From Candidatus Campbellbacteria bacterium GW2011_OD1_34_28 (GTDB lineage Bacteria > Patescibacteriota > Minisyncoccia > Phycocordibacterales > UBA12079): a stretch of 64,000 bases of DNA. The position numbers were made by a program, and so were the translations under genes. The stretch spans positions 426,303 through 490,302 of the forward strand of contig CP011215.1 in NCBI GenBank assembly GCA_001029775.1. The letters run 5' to 3'. Positions 47,901 through 56,821 of this stretch are shown here, one piece after another. The first letter of the stretch is position 1, and each line of letters opens with the position of its first letter. The notes below the pieces were generated by a model. The model made no database searches and had not been told where the DNA came from. It saw only the letters and a program-made list of their open reading frames with translations.

Positions 47901-49643
47901 TTATCTAGAAAAGATTTTCCAAATATTTTCTGTCTCTATAAACCAACTGTGAACTCCAAAAAATCTTTCTGACGGCAAGGTGATTTGTCCCAAGTTTATA
48001 CCTTTTATTTTATTACTTGTTATGTAAATAAAATCTGGGGAATAAATAAAGATGGCAGGCATATCAGATTCAATATTTTCTTGGAATTTGAAGAATTTTT
48101 CAATTCTATCTTCTTCGTCTCTTGATGATCTTACTTGTTCAAGCAGTTTGTCACTATTGGCATTTGCGTATGATGCAATGTTTAATCCTGGGTCGTTTCT
48201 TTGTGAAGAATGCCAGAAAGCAAACAGATCCATATCTCTACCAATTATTTCTCCAAACAACAAAGCGTCGTATTCTCTGGGTCTTATAATATTTTGATTA
48301 AGATCTCCTATTTCAAATATTTTTACTGTTACCTTTGCACCCACACTTTCCCAATTTTCTTTTACTATATTGGCAGCCGCTTTTAATTCGGGAGCATCAG
48401 ATGTTGCAAGTTCAAATTCTAAGACTGTGTTTACTTTTTTGATTGTCTTTTCCCGTATTTTTGTTTCCTCATTTATTTCCCAGCCGTTACTTTCCAAAAG
48501 CTCAATTGCTTTTTGAGGGTTGAATTCTCCCTCTATGTCTTTATTAAAATATTGAGATGTTGTTGGCACTGGCCCATATATTGGCGTTCCAAAACCACTC
48601 AAAACTTCTCTCACAATTCTTTCTCTGTCTACCGCTTTGTTCAAAGCTTTTCTTACTTCGGAATTGGTAAAGACGGCATTTTGATTTTGATTAAAGAAGA
48701 TACCGAAAATTCTAGGCAATGGAACATTTTCAATTCTGCTACCGTTTTTTTCAAGTTCGAGGGCTTGTTCGGGTGATATTGTATTTATGTCCTCCACATA
48801 ACCTTTTTTGTATGCATTAATCAATGTTTCTTCGTTTGGATAAAATCTAATTATTATTTTTGATATGTACGGTTCTCCCAAGGCATATTTTGTAAAAGGT
48901 TTTAATTCGTATTTCTCCATTATTCCGGAAGAATTCATTTTTGTTGAAATTATTCTATATGGTCCTGAACCAATCGGCTCTATATTTAATTGACTGAAAG
49001 CAAATTGCTCCGGCTCAACTTTTTCCCAAATGTGTTTCGGAAGGATACCGAGAGTTAGGTTTTCTGTAAAAGGTGAGTAAGGTGTTTTTAAAATAAATTG
49101 AATTTGTTTTTGGTCAATTATTTTTACTCCTACACCTTCCCAGTTTGGTCTTTTGGGACTTTTGACTATGTTGTCCAAAGACATTCTAACTGTGTACGCG
49201 ATGTCTTCTGTTGTAACAGCAACTCCATCGTGAAAAGAAGCATCTTCTTTTAAGGTAACTGTATATATTAATCCATCTTCTGATATCTCATAATTTTCAG
49301 CCAAGTCAGGAACAACCTTTCCGTCTGGGGTTGCTTTTAAAAGTCCTGAATAGACGAGTGCTGTTAGGTCTCTGTCGGTATTTGATATCGCGAGTAGGGG
49401 ATTGATAAATCTTGGAGAACCGATAAGTCCTTCTATTATTTCACCACCACTTTTTGGAACTTCAGCAAAAAAGTTTTTGTTAATTTCTTTTAACATTAAA
49501 AATGTACTGCCGAATAAAACAAAAGCAAAAAACCAGAAGATAACTTTTTCTGTTAAACTGAATGTTCCAAGTAGATTACCTATTTTTTCCAATTTCGGTA
49601 AATAGAACTTACGAAATATAAACTTAGCGTTTTTTGAGTCCAC
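47901..49643 (-). CDS. Membrane-anchored ABC peptide-binding protein (SBP family 5)
   Basis: PRFINPLL, VPDLAENYEISEDGLIYTVTLK..FHDG, PIGSGPY, VRKALNKAVDRE. Confidence 0.88.
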   Translation of the reverse strand: MDSKNAKFIFRKFYLPKLEKIGNLLGTFSLTEKVIFWFFAFVLFGSTFLMLKEINKNFFAEVPKSGGEIIEGLIGSPRFINPLLAISNTDRDLTALVYSGLLKATPDGKVVPDLAENYEISEDGLIYTVTLKEDASFHDGVAVTTEDIAYTVRMSLDNIVKSPKRPNWEGVGVKIIDQKQIQFILKTPYSPFTENLTLGILPKHIWEKVEPEQFAFSQLNIEPIGSGPYRIISTKMNSSGIMEKYELKPFTKYALGEPYISKIIIRFYPNEETLINAYKKGYVEDINTISPEQALELEKNGSRIENVPLPRIFGIFFNQNQNAVFTNSEVRKALNKAVDRERIVREVLSGFGTPIYGPVPTTSQYFNKDIEGEFNPQKAIELLESNGWEINEETKIREKTIKKVNTVLEFELATSDAPELKAAANIVKENWESVGAKVTVKIFEIGDLNQNIIRPREYDALLFGEIIGRDMDLFAFWHSSQRNDPGLNIASYANANSDKLLEQVRSSRDEEDRIEKFFKFQENIESDMPAIFIYSPDFIYITSNKIKGINLGQITLPSERFFGVHSWFIETENIWKIFSR

Positions 49644-49706
49644 AATATAAATATTTTAACCTGTCTTAATGGTTAAGACAATGTGAGAAAAAAACTAAAA
49701 TGTTTC

Positions 49707-49937
49707 TTATATGATCAAAGCTATAAAAGCTGAAGCTACAAAAAGAATAGCAAGAGTAACTGTGATATAAAAGAAAATCTTTTCTGCGCCTCTTCTTGTG
49801 TGTCTTGCAGAAAAATTGTCTCCACCACCAAAAGCACCTCCCAAGTCATTACCAGTTTGTTGAATCAAAATGGCTGCTACAAGGAGAACAGCTAGTGTTA
49901 TCTGTATAAAAGGAAGTATATTAGTTAAATTTTCCAT
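49707..49937 (-). CDS. secG: Preprotein translocase subunit SecG
   Basis: Two TM helices; ILIQQ..LGGAFGG..TRRGAEK. Confidence 0.9.
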   Translation of the reverse strand: MENLTNILPFIQITLAVLLVAAILIQQTGNDLGGAFGGGDNFSARHTRRGAEKIFFYITVTLAILFVASAFIALII

Positions 49938-50094
49938 CCCCAGAATTATAGCAAGAAGACTTAAAAAAGCAATAGAAGTCCTAAAAGTTTATAAAGTTTG
50001 TAAAGTTCATAAAGTCCGTAAAGTTATGTATGTAATCAGAGTCGAGCCTCGAGAAATAGGGAATTAAACTTTTAAAATAAAGGATTTTTTAGCA

Positions 50095-50123
50095 TTGACA
50101 AAGATGTTGTATTATACTATAAT
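50095..50123 (+). promoter_or_regulatory. Perfect consensus sigma70 promoter TTGACA-17-TATAAT
   Basis: ttgaca aagatgttgtattatac tataat. Confidence 0.85.
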
Positions 50124-50183
50124 AATAAAAGAATAAGGGTTGGCTATGGGAGGCTGGCTCAAAAAAGAAAGAGGGTAAAAAAA

Positions 50184-50300
50184 ATGATGTACACAACGAA
50201 GATGTTGGAGATTATCTCCACCTTGACTGAAGTAGATGAGGCTGCTGCCGTAGCGATGTTGCTCGGAGACCTCGAAGAGTCTGAGATCAGTTTCGACTGA
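50184..50300 (+). CDS. Small acidic peptide (38 aa; not in the ORF track)
   Basis: MMYTTKMLEIISTLTEVDEAAAVAMLLGDLEESEISFD; SD-like GAGGG; consensus promoter upstream and terminator downstream. Confidence 0.55.
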   Translation: MMYTTKMLEIISTLTEVDEAAAVAMLLGDLEESEISFD

Positions 50301-50408
50301 TCTCGCAATTTAATCCCCCGAGCTTCGGCTCTGGGGGATTTTTATTTACCCGAGGTCGGACCTCGGGTAAATAAAAAGAGGGATTTTGCTAAAGCAAAAT
50401 CCCTCTTT
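50283..50408. terminator. Four consecutive hairpins (two with TTCG loops, one with a CGG loop) between the small ORF and topA
   Basis: gagatcagt-ttcg-actgatctc; aatcccccgagc-ttcg-gctctgggggatt; tttatttacccgaggt-cgg-acctcgggtaaataaa; aaagagggattttgct-aa-agcaaaatccctcttt. Confidence 0.75.
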
Positions 50409-50469
50409 ATTTATTTCGTATTACTTATTCCTCACCCCTTACTCCTTAACCCTTAACCCTTAACCCTTA

Positions 50470-52689
50470 CTACTTGCTACTCAACTTATCCGGCCTATGG
50501 TTCGGGCAATTTTTATCACTACATCTGTCAGGGATTGTTTTGGTACCTTTCATCATCAGCTTGCCACACATTGGGCAAAGATTTCCTGTTGGCTCTGCTT
50601 TGATAGCCAACTTACAATCGGGATAATTTGAACAAGAATAAAATTCTCCAAATCTCCCTCTTCTTTTTACCATATATCCGTTCTTACATTCGGTACACTT
50701 AACACCAGTAGAATTTTTTCTTTCCAATTCTTCATCTTTTTTTACAAACTTACATTTTGGATAATTTGAACAAGCAATAAATCTTCCAAATTTTCCGTCT
50801 CTCTCTACCAAAGGATTTCCACAATCAGGACATGGCTCGCCAGTTTCTTTCGGACCTTCCAATTCTTTTCCTTCTATTGTTCGAGCACCATTACAATCTG
50901 GAAATTTTGCACAGCTCATAAATTTGCCATTTTTTGCAAGTTTAATAACCATTGCGCCCCCACACTCTGGACATTTAAATTCTTTTGGTGCATCACCCAG
51001 ATTGGTTATTTTTTCTATTCCTTCTTTTGCTTTAATATCTTTTGTAAAAGGTGTGTAAAATTCTGTTAGAGTTTTTACATAATCTCTTTCTCCATTTGCT
51101 ATTTCGTCCAATTTATCTTCCATCTCGGCAGTAAACAAATCGCTGATGTAGTTTTCAAAATGATTTTCCAAAAAAGTACTCACTACTTCGCCTGTGTCTG
51201 TTGGTCGCAAAGCAGTTCCTTCTTTGTCGGCATAAGCGCGGTCTTTTAATGTTTTTATAATTGTCGCATAGGTGCTGGGACGACCAATTCCTCTTTTCTC
51301 CAATTCTTTAATCAGACCAGCTTCGGAGTATCTTTGAGGTGGTTGAGTCTGCTTGTCTTCTACATTCATTTTTAATAAATCTAAATCCTCGCCAATTTTT
51401 ATTGCAGGCAATTCTGTGTCTTCTCCTCGAGCAGAAGGATCGGCCAAAAGCCATCCATCAAAAAGAACTCGAGATCCGTTTATATTAAATTCTGGTATTC
51501 TTGCCTCGCCGGCAGGCAGGTTTTCTTTTCCCTCAACATCAACGACGATTTTTGATCTTAATATTTTTGCATCGGACATTTGAGAGGCAATTGTTCTTTG
51601 CCAAATCAATCTATACAATTTTTTCTGTTCATCGGTTGATCCAACATTTTCTTTTGTTATGCTTGTTGGACGAATTGCTTCGTGAGCTTCTTGTGCATTT
51701 TTTGACTTTGTTTTGTATACTCTCGCCTCAACATATTTCTTGCCGTATTTTTTTTCTATCTCGCTTAAAATTTGTTTTTGAGCAGTTTGGCTAATTGTCG
51801 TGCTGTCAGTTCTCATATAAGTAATGTATCCTGCTTCGTACAATTTTTGGGCGACACCCATTGTCTTGCTTGGAGCAAATCCCATTCTAGAGCTGGCTGT
51901 TTGTTGTAGTGTAGATGTAGTAAAAGGAGCACGAGGAGATCTCTTTGCCTCGGTTTCTTTTAGATCGGCTACTTTCCAAGTGCCGTTATTTCCGACTTCA
52001 AGAATTTTTTCTACTTGATTTTTGTCGCGGGGTTCTTCTGAACAATTCAAGGTAAAAGTAGTTGCAGATTTTGTTTTTACATCTGCGGTGATTACGAAGT
52101 AGTCTTCTGGAATGAAAGCTTTTATTTCTCTTTCTTTTTCAACCAAAATACGCAAAGCAGGGGACTGAACCCTTCCTGCAGAAAGACCATAACGAACTTT
52201 TTTCCAAATCAAACCGCTAAGATCGTATCCAAAAAGTCTATCTAAAACACGACGAGCTTCTTGAGCTCGTCTTAAATTATCATCTATATCACGCGGGTGT
52301 TTCAGCGCTTCTTTGATTGCACTTTCGGTAATTTCGTTAAAGGTCACTCTCTTGATACTTGATACTTGTAACTTATTACTCTTCAAATCCTCTTTTAGGA
52401 TTTGAAGCAGGTGCCACGCAATAGCTTCTCCTTCACGGTCAGGATCGGGGGCGAGAATAATCTCGTCTGCATCCTTTGCAAGAGTCTTTAATTCTTTTAT
52501 CACCTTTTCTTTTCCCTTGATTGTTTCATAGTTGGGAATGAACCCTCCTTCTATATCTATGGCTGTTTTATTGCTTTTAGGCAAATCACGAATATGTCCC
52601 ACAGATGATGTGACAACGTAATCTTTGCCAAGATATTTATTAATAGTCTTTGCTTTCGCAGGAGACTCTACTATCAAAAGTTTTGACAT
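50470..52689 (-). CDS. topA: DNA topoisomerase I with C-terminal Zn ribbons
   Basis: IVESPAKAKTI, DPDREGEAIAWH, SAGRVQS, ITYMRTDS, AQEAHEAIRP, GIGRPSTY. Confidence 0.97.
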   Translation of the reverse strand: MSKLLIVESPAKAKTINKYLGKDYVVTSSVGHIRDLPKSNKTAIDIEGGFIPNYETIKGKEKVIKELKTLAKDADEIILAPDPDREGEAIAWHLLQILKEDLKSNKLQVSSIKRVTFNEITESAIKEALKHPRDIDDNLRRAQEARRVLDRLFGYDLSGLIWKKVRYGLSAGRVQSPALRILVEKEREIKAFIPEDYFVITADVKTKSATTFTLNCSEEPRDKNQVEKILEVGNNGTWKVADLKETEAKRSPRAPFTTSTLQQTASSRMGFAPSKTMGVAQKLYEAGYITYMRTDSTTISQTAQKQILSEIEKKYGKKYVEARVYKTKSKNAQEAHEAIRPTSITKENVGSTDEQKKLYRLIWQRTIASQMSDAKILRSKIVVDVEGKENLPAGEARIPEFNINGSRVLFDGWLLADPSARGEDTELPAIKIGEDLDLLKMNVEDKQTQPPQRYSEAGLIKELEKRGIGRPSTYATIIKTLKDRAYADKEGTALRPTDTGEVVSTFLENHFENYISDLFTAEMEDKLDEIANGERDYVKTLTEFYTPFTKDIKAKEGIEKITNLGDAPKEFKCPECGGAMVIKLAKNGKFMSCAKFPDCNGARTIEGKELEGPKETGEPCPDCGNPLVERDGKFGRFIACSNYPKCKFVKKDEELERKNSTGVKCTECKNGYMVKRRGRFGEFYSCSNYPDCKLAIKAEPTGNLCPMCGKLMMKGTKTIPDRCSDKNCPNHRPDKLSSK
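51500..51520. repeat. 21-nt variant of the 20-bp palindrome inside topA
   Basis: cttgcctcgccggcaggcagg; one extra base keeps the frame (..KENLPAGEARIPE..). Confidence 0.8.
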
Positions 52690-52735
52690 AGTTAGACAAA
52701 GTATAACAGATGTAGAAAAAAAGCAAGCGCAGGTA

Positions 52736-52763
52736 TTGACAAATATTTATTTTATTATAGTAT
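52736..52763 (+). promoter_or_regulatory. sigma70 promoter TTGACA-16-TAGTAT
   Basis: ttgaca aatatttattttatta tagtat; near-twin of 54069-54096. Confidence 0.75.
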
Positions 52764-52831
52764 ATTGGCAGGATTCAACGGCGTTTGTGCTGTTGAGAAA
52801 TTAAAATTTTTAGGTTTTAGGAGGTGTTCGT

Positions 52832-53992
52832 ATGGCAAAGTCACTGGTAGGAATTCAGACATTGGAGTCTCTCGCTGGCTGGAAAATGATCGCCGAGAGG
52901 ACTAACGAGACCGAGGAGACTGTCCAGACCGGTCAGACCAAACCCGCAGAGTTCCGGATTTATCGGAACGATGACTTGGGGGTCGAGATTCATGTCCGGC
53001 GTTCGCTGGTCAAGGAAGGACTCGATTTCCTGCCTGGGATGGTAAAGGATGTCGAGACAGGAAAAGACCTGTGGAGTTTTTTTCAGGAGCAGTCCAAAGG
53101 ACTCGGACACCTGCTCGCCATTAACGGCGAGGTGGTCATCGGCCTGGAGGAGTGGGGCGATCTGAAGAAGGTCATCCCCGTCGCCGATCTGCGCAAGCAG
53201 AAGACCGTCGTCGTTGATGGCGTGTCCAAAATTGTCGGTGGTCGTGGCGTTCTCGCTACGGTCGATCTCAAACACTCGGTTGCCGAGGCGCTTTCTACCG
53301 ATCAGGGCAGGAGCATCAAGGCCAACATCACCGACGCCGAGCGCGCGGTGATGAGAAAACTTTCTGATGCCCGCAAGGCCAGTGAGGAGCGTGAGCGATT
53401 GGCACGGGAAACCGCGCGTCGCGAGCGGATCGCCAAGATCAAGAGCCGGCAACAGATTTCCGGCATGGTCGTGGAGAACGGCAGGGGTTCGCGTTGGGCG
53501 ATTCCTGTCACAGAAGACGAATGGATGTCTTTTGGGACCGACGACGGCATGGTTGCCATCGTTGCCGGTTTCGGTGAAGACGGCAAGCCCATCGTTCCCG
53601 AAGACGGAGTGGTGGAGGCATTTTTCATTCAGTATCGCAAGGGCGGTGGTGGACGGCCGGAGAAGAAGGCACAGGTGAAAATCCGTCTTCGTGGCTACGA
53701 ACAGGCCGAGCCCGTGAAGGAAGCATCCGTCTCCGCACCGACGCTCGTCAAACTGGAAACCGTCTTTATCGAGGTTTCCAAGGATCAGGCGAAATCCCTC
53801 GGCATCGATTCCGGATTTCAGGAAGTCAGTCTTACGGATGCAGAGGGGATTTCCACTCTGCGGAAGGCAGGTCTCAACAGCGGTGCGCTCGTCGCGATCT
53901 CCGCCACCGACGGATCCGATCGGATTCAGGTGGAGAAGTTCGTTGACGGCCAGACGCAGACCTTGGGCCTCTTTAATCCGATCACGATGTGA
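52832..53992 (+). CDS. GC-rich orphan protein (386 aa); stand-alone unit
   Basis: SD AGGAGGTG; long ORF with C/G-ending codons (sample line 53341-53400 is 35/60 GC); central charged helix. Confidence 0.85.
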   Translation: MAKSLVGIQTLESLAGWKMIAERTNETEETVQTGQTKPAEFRIYRNDDLGVEIHVRRSLVKEGLDFLPGMVKDVETGKDLWSFFQEQSKGLGHLLAINGEVVIGLEEWGDLKKVIPVADLRKQKTVVVDGVSKIVGGRGVLATVDLKHSVAEALSTDQGRSIKANITDAERAVMRKLSDARKASEERERLARETARRERIAKIKSRQQISGMVVENGRGSRWAIPVTEDEWMSFGTDDGMVAIVAGFGEDGKPIVPEDGVVEAFFIQYRKGGGGRPEKKAQVKIRLRGYEQAEPVKEASVSAPTLVKLETVFIEVSKDQAKSLGIDSGFQEVSLTDAEGISTLRKAGLNSGALVAISATDGSDRIQVEKFVDGQTQTLGLFNPITM

Positions 53993-54008
53993 TCTGGACT
54001 AACGGCCC

Positions 54009-54062
54009 AAACCCGTCGTTGCATGTTGGATCCCTCCAATATTCGCAACGACGGGTTTTTTA
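54009..54062 (+). terminator. Intrinsic terminator
   Basis: aaacccgtcgttgc...gcaacgacgggtttttt. Confidence 0.8.
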
Positions 54063-54068
54063 ATTGTA

Positions 54069-54096
54069 TTGACATCTTTGTTATTTTAAATAGTAT
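54069..54096 (+). promoter_or_regulatory. sigma70 promoter TTGACA-16-TAGTAT
   Basis: ttgaca tctttgttattttaaa tagtat. Confidence 0.75.
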
Positions 54097-54146
54097 TTAG
54101 GTAGGATTTTATAGATTCTTTACTTTAATTTAAGAGGAGGTGTTAT

Positions 54147-54362
54147 ATGCCAGCAACAGAAAAAGATTGGAGAAATTGGCAAGATATCAATGGTAATTCG
54201 GAAGGACTAAGTCCAACCGAATTAATGAACATTCGTTATCGTCACGGCAGAGCCGAGGCTGTAAGGGCAATCACCTGTCCACCGGGGAGAGACCCTCAGA
54301 CATGGGAAGATCAGATTCAAAATTTTTTGGTGTCCAAGGAATTCGGACATCGCGTTCATTAA
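54147..54362 (+). CDS. Small orphan protein (71 aa); stand-alone unit
   Basis: SD GAGGAGGTG 5 nt before the ATG; own promoter and terminator. Confidence 0.75.
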   Translation: MPATEKDWRNWQDINGNSEGLSPTELMNIRYRHGRAEAVRAITCPPGRDPQTWEDQIQNFLVSKEFGHRVH

Positions 54363-54368
54363 GGGGGG

Positions 54369-54406
54369 ATAGGCGGAGTGTCACAAGACACTCCGCCTAT
54401 TTTTTT
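54369..54406 (+). terminator. Intrinsic terminator
   Basis: ataggcggagtgtc-acaa-gacactccgcctattttttt. Confidence 0.85.
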
Positions 54407-54494
54407 GTGTATATTTCAATAATTCAGTATGTTATTATTTAAACTATATTTTAGTTTGTAGTGGGTAGTTTTTAGTGAGTAGTAATTATTTTTT

Positions 54495-56738
54495 ATGTAT
54501 CTAAAATCGTTAGAAATTTCTGGATTTAAATCGTTTGCAAAAAAAGATTCTTTGGATTTTACATCGCCAATTTCTGCGATTGTTGGTCCAAATGGGTCAG
54601 GCAAATCAAATGTCGCCGAAGCTTTTCGGTTTGTTTTGGGTGAACAATCTTTAAAATCTTTGCGAGGGAAAAGAGGAGAAGATTTAATATTTTCTGGATC
54701 AAAAAATGAAAGATCTCTGAACAGAGCCGGTGTAAAAGTGATCTTTGATAATATCACAAGATTTTTGAATATTGATTTTGATGAAGTCTCAATTGAGAGA
54801 GTGGTATTCAAAGACGGTGTAAACCAATATTTTATAAATGGAACACAAGTTCGTTTGAAAGATATTATTGAACTGTTGGCAGGGGCAAATATTGGTTCTT
54901 CCGGACATCATATTATTTCACAAGGAGAAGCAGACAGAATTTTGAGTGTAAATATAAAAGAAAGAAGAGAGATGATAGAAGATGCTCTGGGACTTAAAAT
55001 CTACCAATACAAAATAAGTGAGAGTGAAAAGAAATTGGATAAGGTAGAAGAAAATCTTCAGTCGGTAGAGTCTTTGCGAAGAGAAATAAAACCACATTTG
55101 AGATTTTTAGAAAAACAGGTAAAGAAAATAGAACAATCGGTAGAATTGCGAGACAAGTTAAGAGATTTATATAAAGAATATTTTAAAAGAGAGGATGTAT
55201 ATTTGAAATATCAAAAAAACTATATCAGAGAACACAAAAATCCCCTTGAAGAAAAGATGCGCGTTTTAAACGAGGATCTGGCAGATGCAAAAGAAATTTT
55301 GAGAAAAGAATCAAACAGTTCTCCAAAAGATAATCAGGAATTGATAGAGATTGAAGAGAGATTGAGTGAAAAAAGAAAAGAAAGAAGTAACTTAACGAGA
55401 GAAATCGGACAGTTAGAGGGTATGATTGTTTTTGAAGAAAGAAGAATTGTAAGGGAAGAATCTAGACAAAAAGAAGAAGACGACAGAGTGATAAAGTTTA
55501 AAGATGTAAAAAATTTCCTGTTTGATTTGCAAGACAGTTTTGAAGAATACAAAAATATTTCTATAACAGATGCACTGGATAAAATAAAACACTCAATCTC
55601 TTTTTTCTTGAGTCAAAATTCAAAAACAGCAGAAAATGTTCAGATTGATAAAAGCGAAATAGATAAATTAAAAAGAGAAAAGAACGAAATGGAGAGAAAA
55701 TTGGAAGTAGTTGTTCGCGAAGAGAAAGAATTGGCAGAGACCTTCGAGAATATAAAAAAACAATTTGAAAAAGATAAAGATTCTAGTCGTATTGCGGAAT
55801 TAAAAATATTTGAGATCAATGCTAAAAAGGCGGAAGCAGAAGCAAGACTTAATTCTATAAAAGAGCTTGAATATAAGGTGGGTATGGAGGATGAAAATTT
55901 CAAGAGGGAATTGAACGAGGCATTTGTTTTAGCAGGTAGAGAATCTACTCAATTTTTTGGTTTTCAGATCACCGAAGAAGAAGTGATGAGAGAAGAAAGA
56001 AAATTACAAATGGAGAGAGGCAGGGAAATTGAAAAGATTAAAATTAAATTGGAAGATATGGGAGCAGGATCCAGTGAAGAAGTTTTGAAAGAATATGAGG
56101 ATGTAAAAAATAGGGAAGAATTTTTGACAAGAGAAATAGAGGATTTGGAAAAATCTGCGATTTCTTTGAAAGATTTGATTATGGAATTGAAAGAAAAATT
56201 GAATGTGGAATTTAGAGATGGAACGGAAAAAATAAACAAACAATTTAGTGAATTTTTCAGTTTGATGTTTGGTGGAGGAAGGGCCGAGCTGCTTATTGTT
56301 AAAAATAAAAAGAGAAGGAGAAATGATTTTGGTTTAGACTTGGAAGGAGAAACTGCTGATATGGAAGACGAAGAAGAAACAGAAGAGGGAATTGATATCA
56401 ATGTTTCTTTGCCGAATAAAAAGACCAAAGGTTTGCAGATGCTCTCAGGTGGAGAAAGATCTCTTACATCTATTGCACTTTTATTTGCGATGTCACAAAT
56501 TAAACCACCTCCTTTTATCATTTTGGACGAAACAGATGCAGCATTGGATGAAGCAAATTCTCGTCGTTACGGAGATATGATAGAAAGTCTCTCAAAATAT
56601 TCTCAGTTGATTCTGATTACTCACAATAGAGAAACAATGTCTCGCGCAGGAATATTGTATGGGATTACAATGGGTATGGATGGGGTGTCACGATTACTGT
56701 CAGTTAAATTAGAAGAGGCGGTGAAAGTAGCAAAATAA
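54495..56738 (+). CDS. smc: Short SMC-family ATPase (747 aa, no recognisable hinge)
   Basis: MYLKSLEISGFKSF, GPNGSGKSN, IISQG, LSGGERS, ILDETDAALDEAN, ITH. Confidence 0.88.
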   Translation: MYLKSLEISGFKSFAKKDSLDFTSPISAIVGPNGSGKSNVAEAFRFVLGEQSLKSLRGKRGEDLIFSGSKNERSLNRAGVKVIFDNITRFLNIDFDEVSIERVVFKDGVNQYFINGTQVRLKDIIELLAGANIGSSGHHIISQGEADRILSVNIKERREMIEDALGLKIYQYKISESEKKLDKVEENLQSVESLRREIKPHLRFLEKQVKKIEQSVELRDKLRDLYKEYFKREDVYLKYQKNYIREHKNPLEEKMRVLNEDLADAKEILRKESNSSPKDNQELIEIEERLSEKRKERSNLTREIGQLEGMIVFEERRIVREESRQKEEDDRVIKFKDVKNFLFDLQDSFEEYKNISITDALDKIKHSISFFLSQNSKTAENVQIDKSEIDKLKREKNEMERKLEVVVREEKELAETFENIKKQFEKDKDSSRIAELKIFEINAKKAEAEARLNSIKELEYKVGMEDENFKRELNEAFVLAGRESTQFFGFQITEEEVMREERKLQMERGREIEKIKIKLEDMGAGSSEEVLKEYEDVKNREEFLTREIEDLEKSAISLKDLIMELKEKLNVEFRDGTEKINKQFSEFFSLMFGGGRAELLIVKNKKRRRNDFGLDLEGETADMEDEEETEEGIDINVSLPNKKTKGLQMLSGGERSLTSIALLFAMSQIKPPPFIILDETDAALDEANSRRYGDMIESLSKYSQLILITHNRETMSRAGILYGITMGMDGVSRLLSVKLEEAVKVAK

Positions 56739-56770
56739 GAGCACTTTGTCTCGTATAAACTCCTCAGCTC

Positions 56771-56804
56771 AGCAGACCTAAAAGATTTATCTTTTAGGTC
56801 TGCT
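56771..56804. terminator. Hairpin downstream of smc
   Basis: agcagacctaaaagat-tt-atcttttaggtctgct. Confidence 0.6.
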
Positions 56805-56821
56805 TTCACTTTACGTCGTTT

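Noticed and set aside
50420-50470. Telomere-like ttaaccc repeats
   Set aside because: Period is 7 with only three exact units; fits the window-wide heptamer runs rather than a telomere or contamination.
52841-53678. Antisense and alternative-frame ORFs inside the 386-aa gene
   Set aside because: GC-rich shadow frames with no RBS or promoter.
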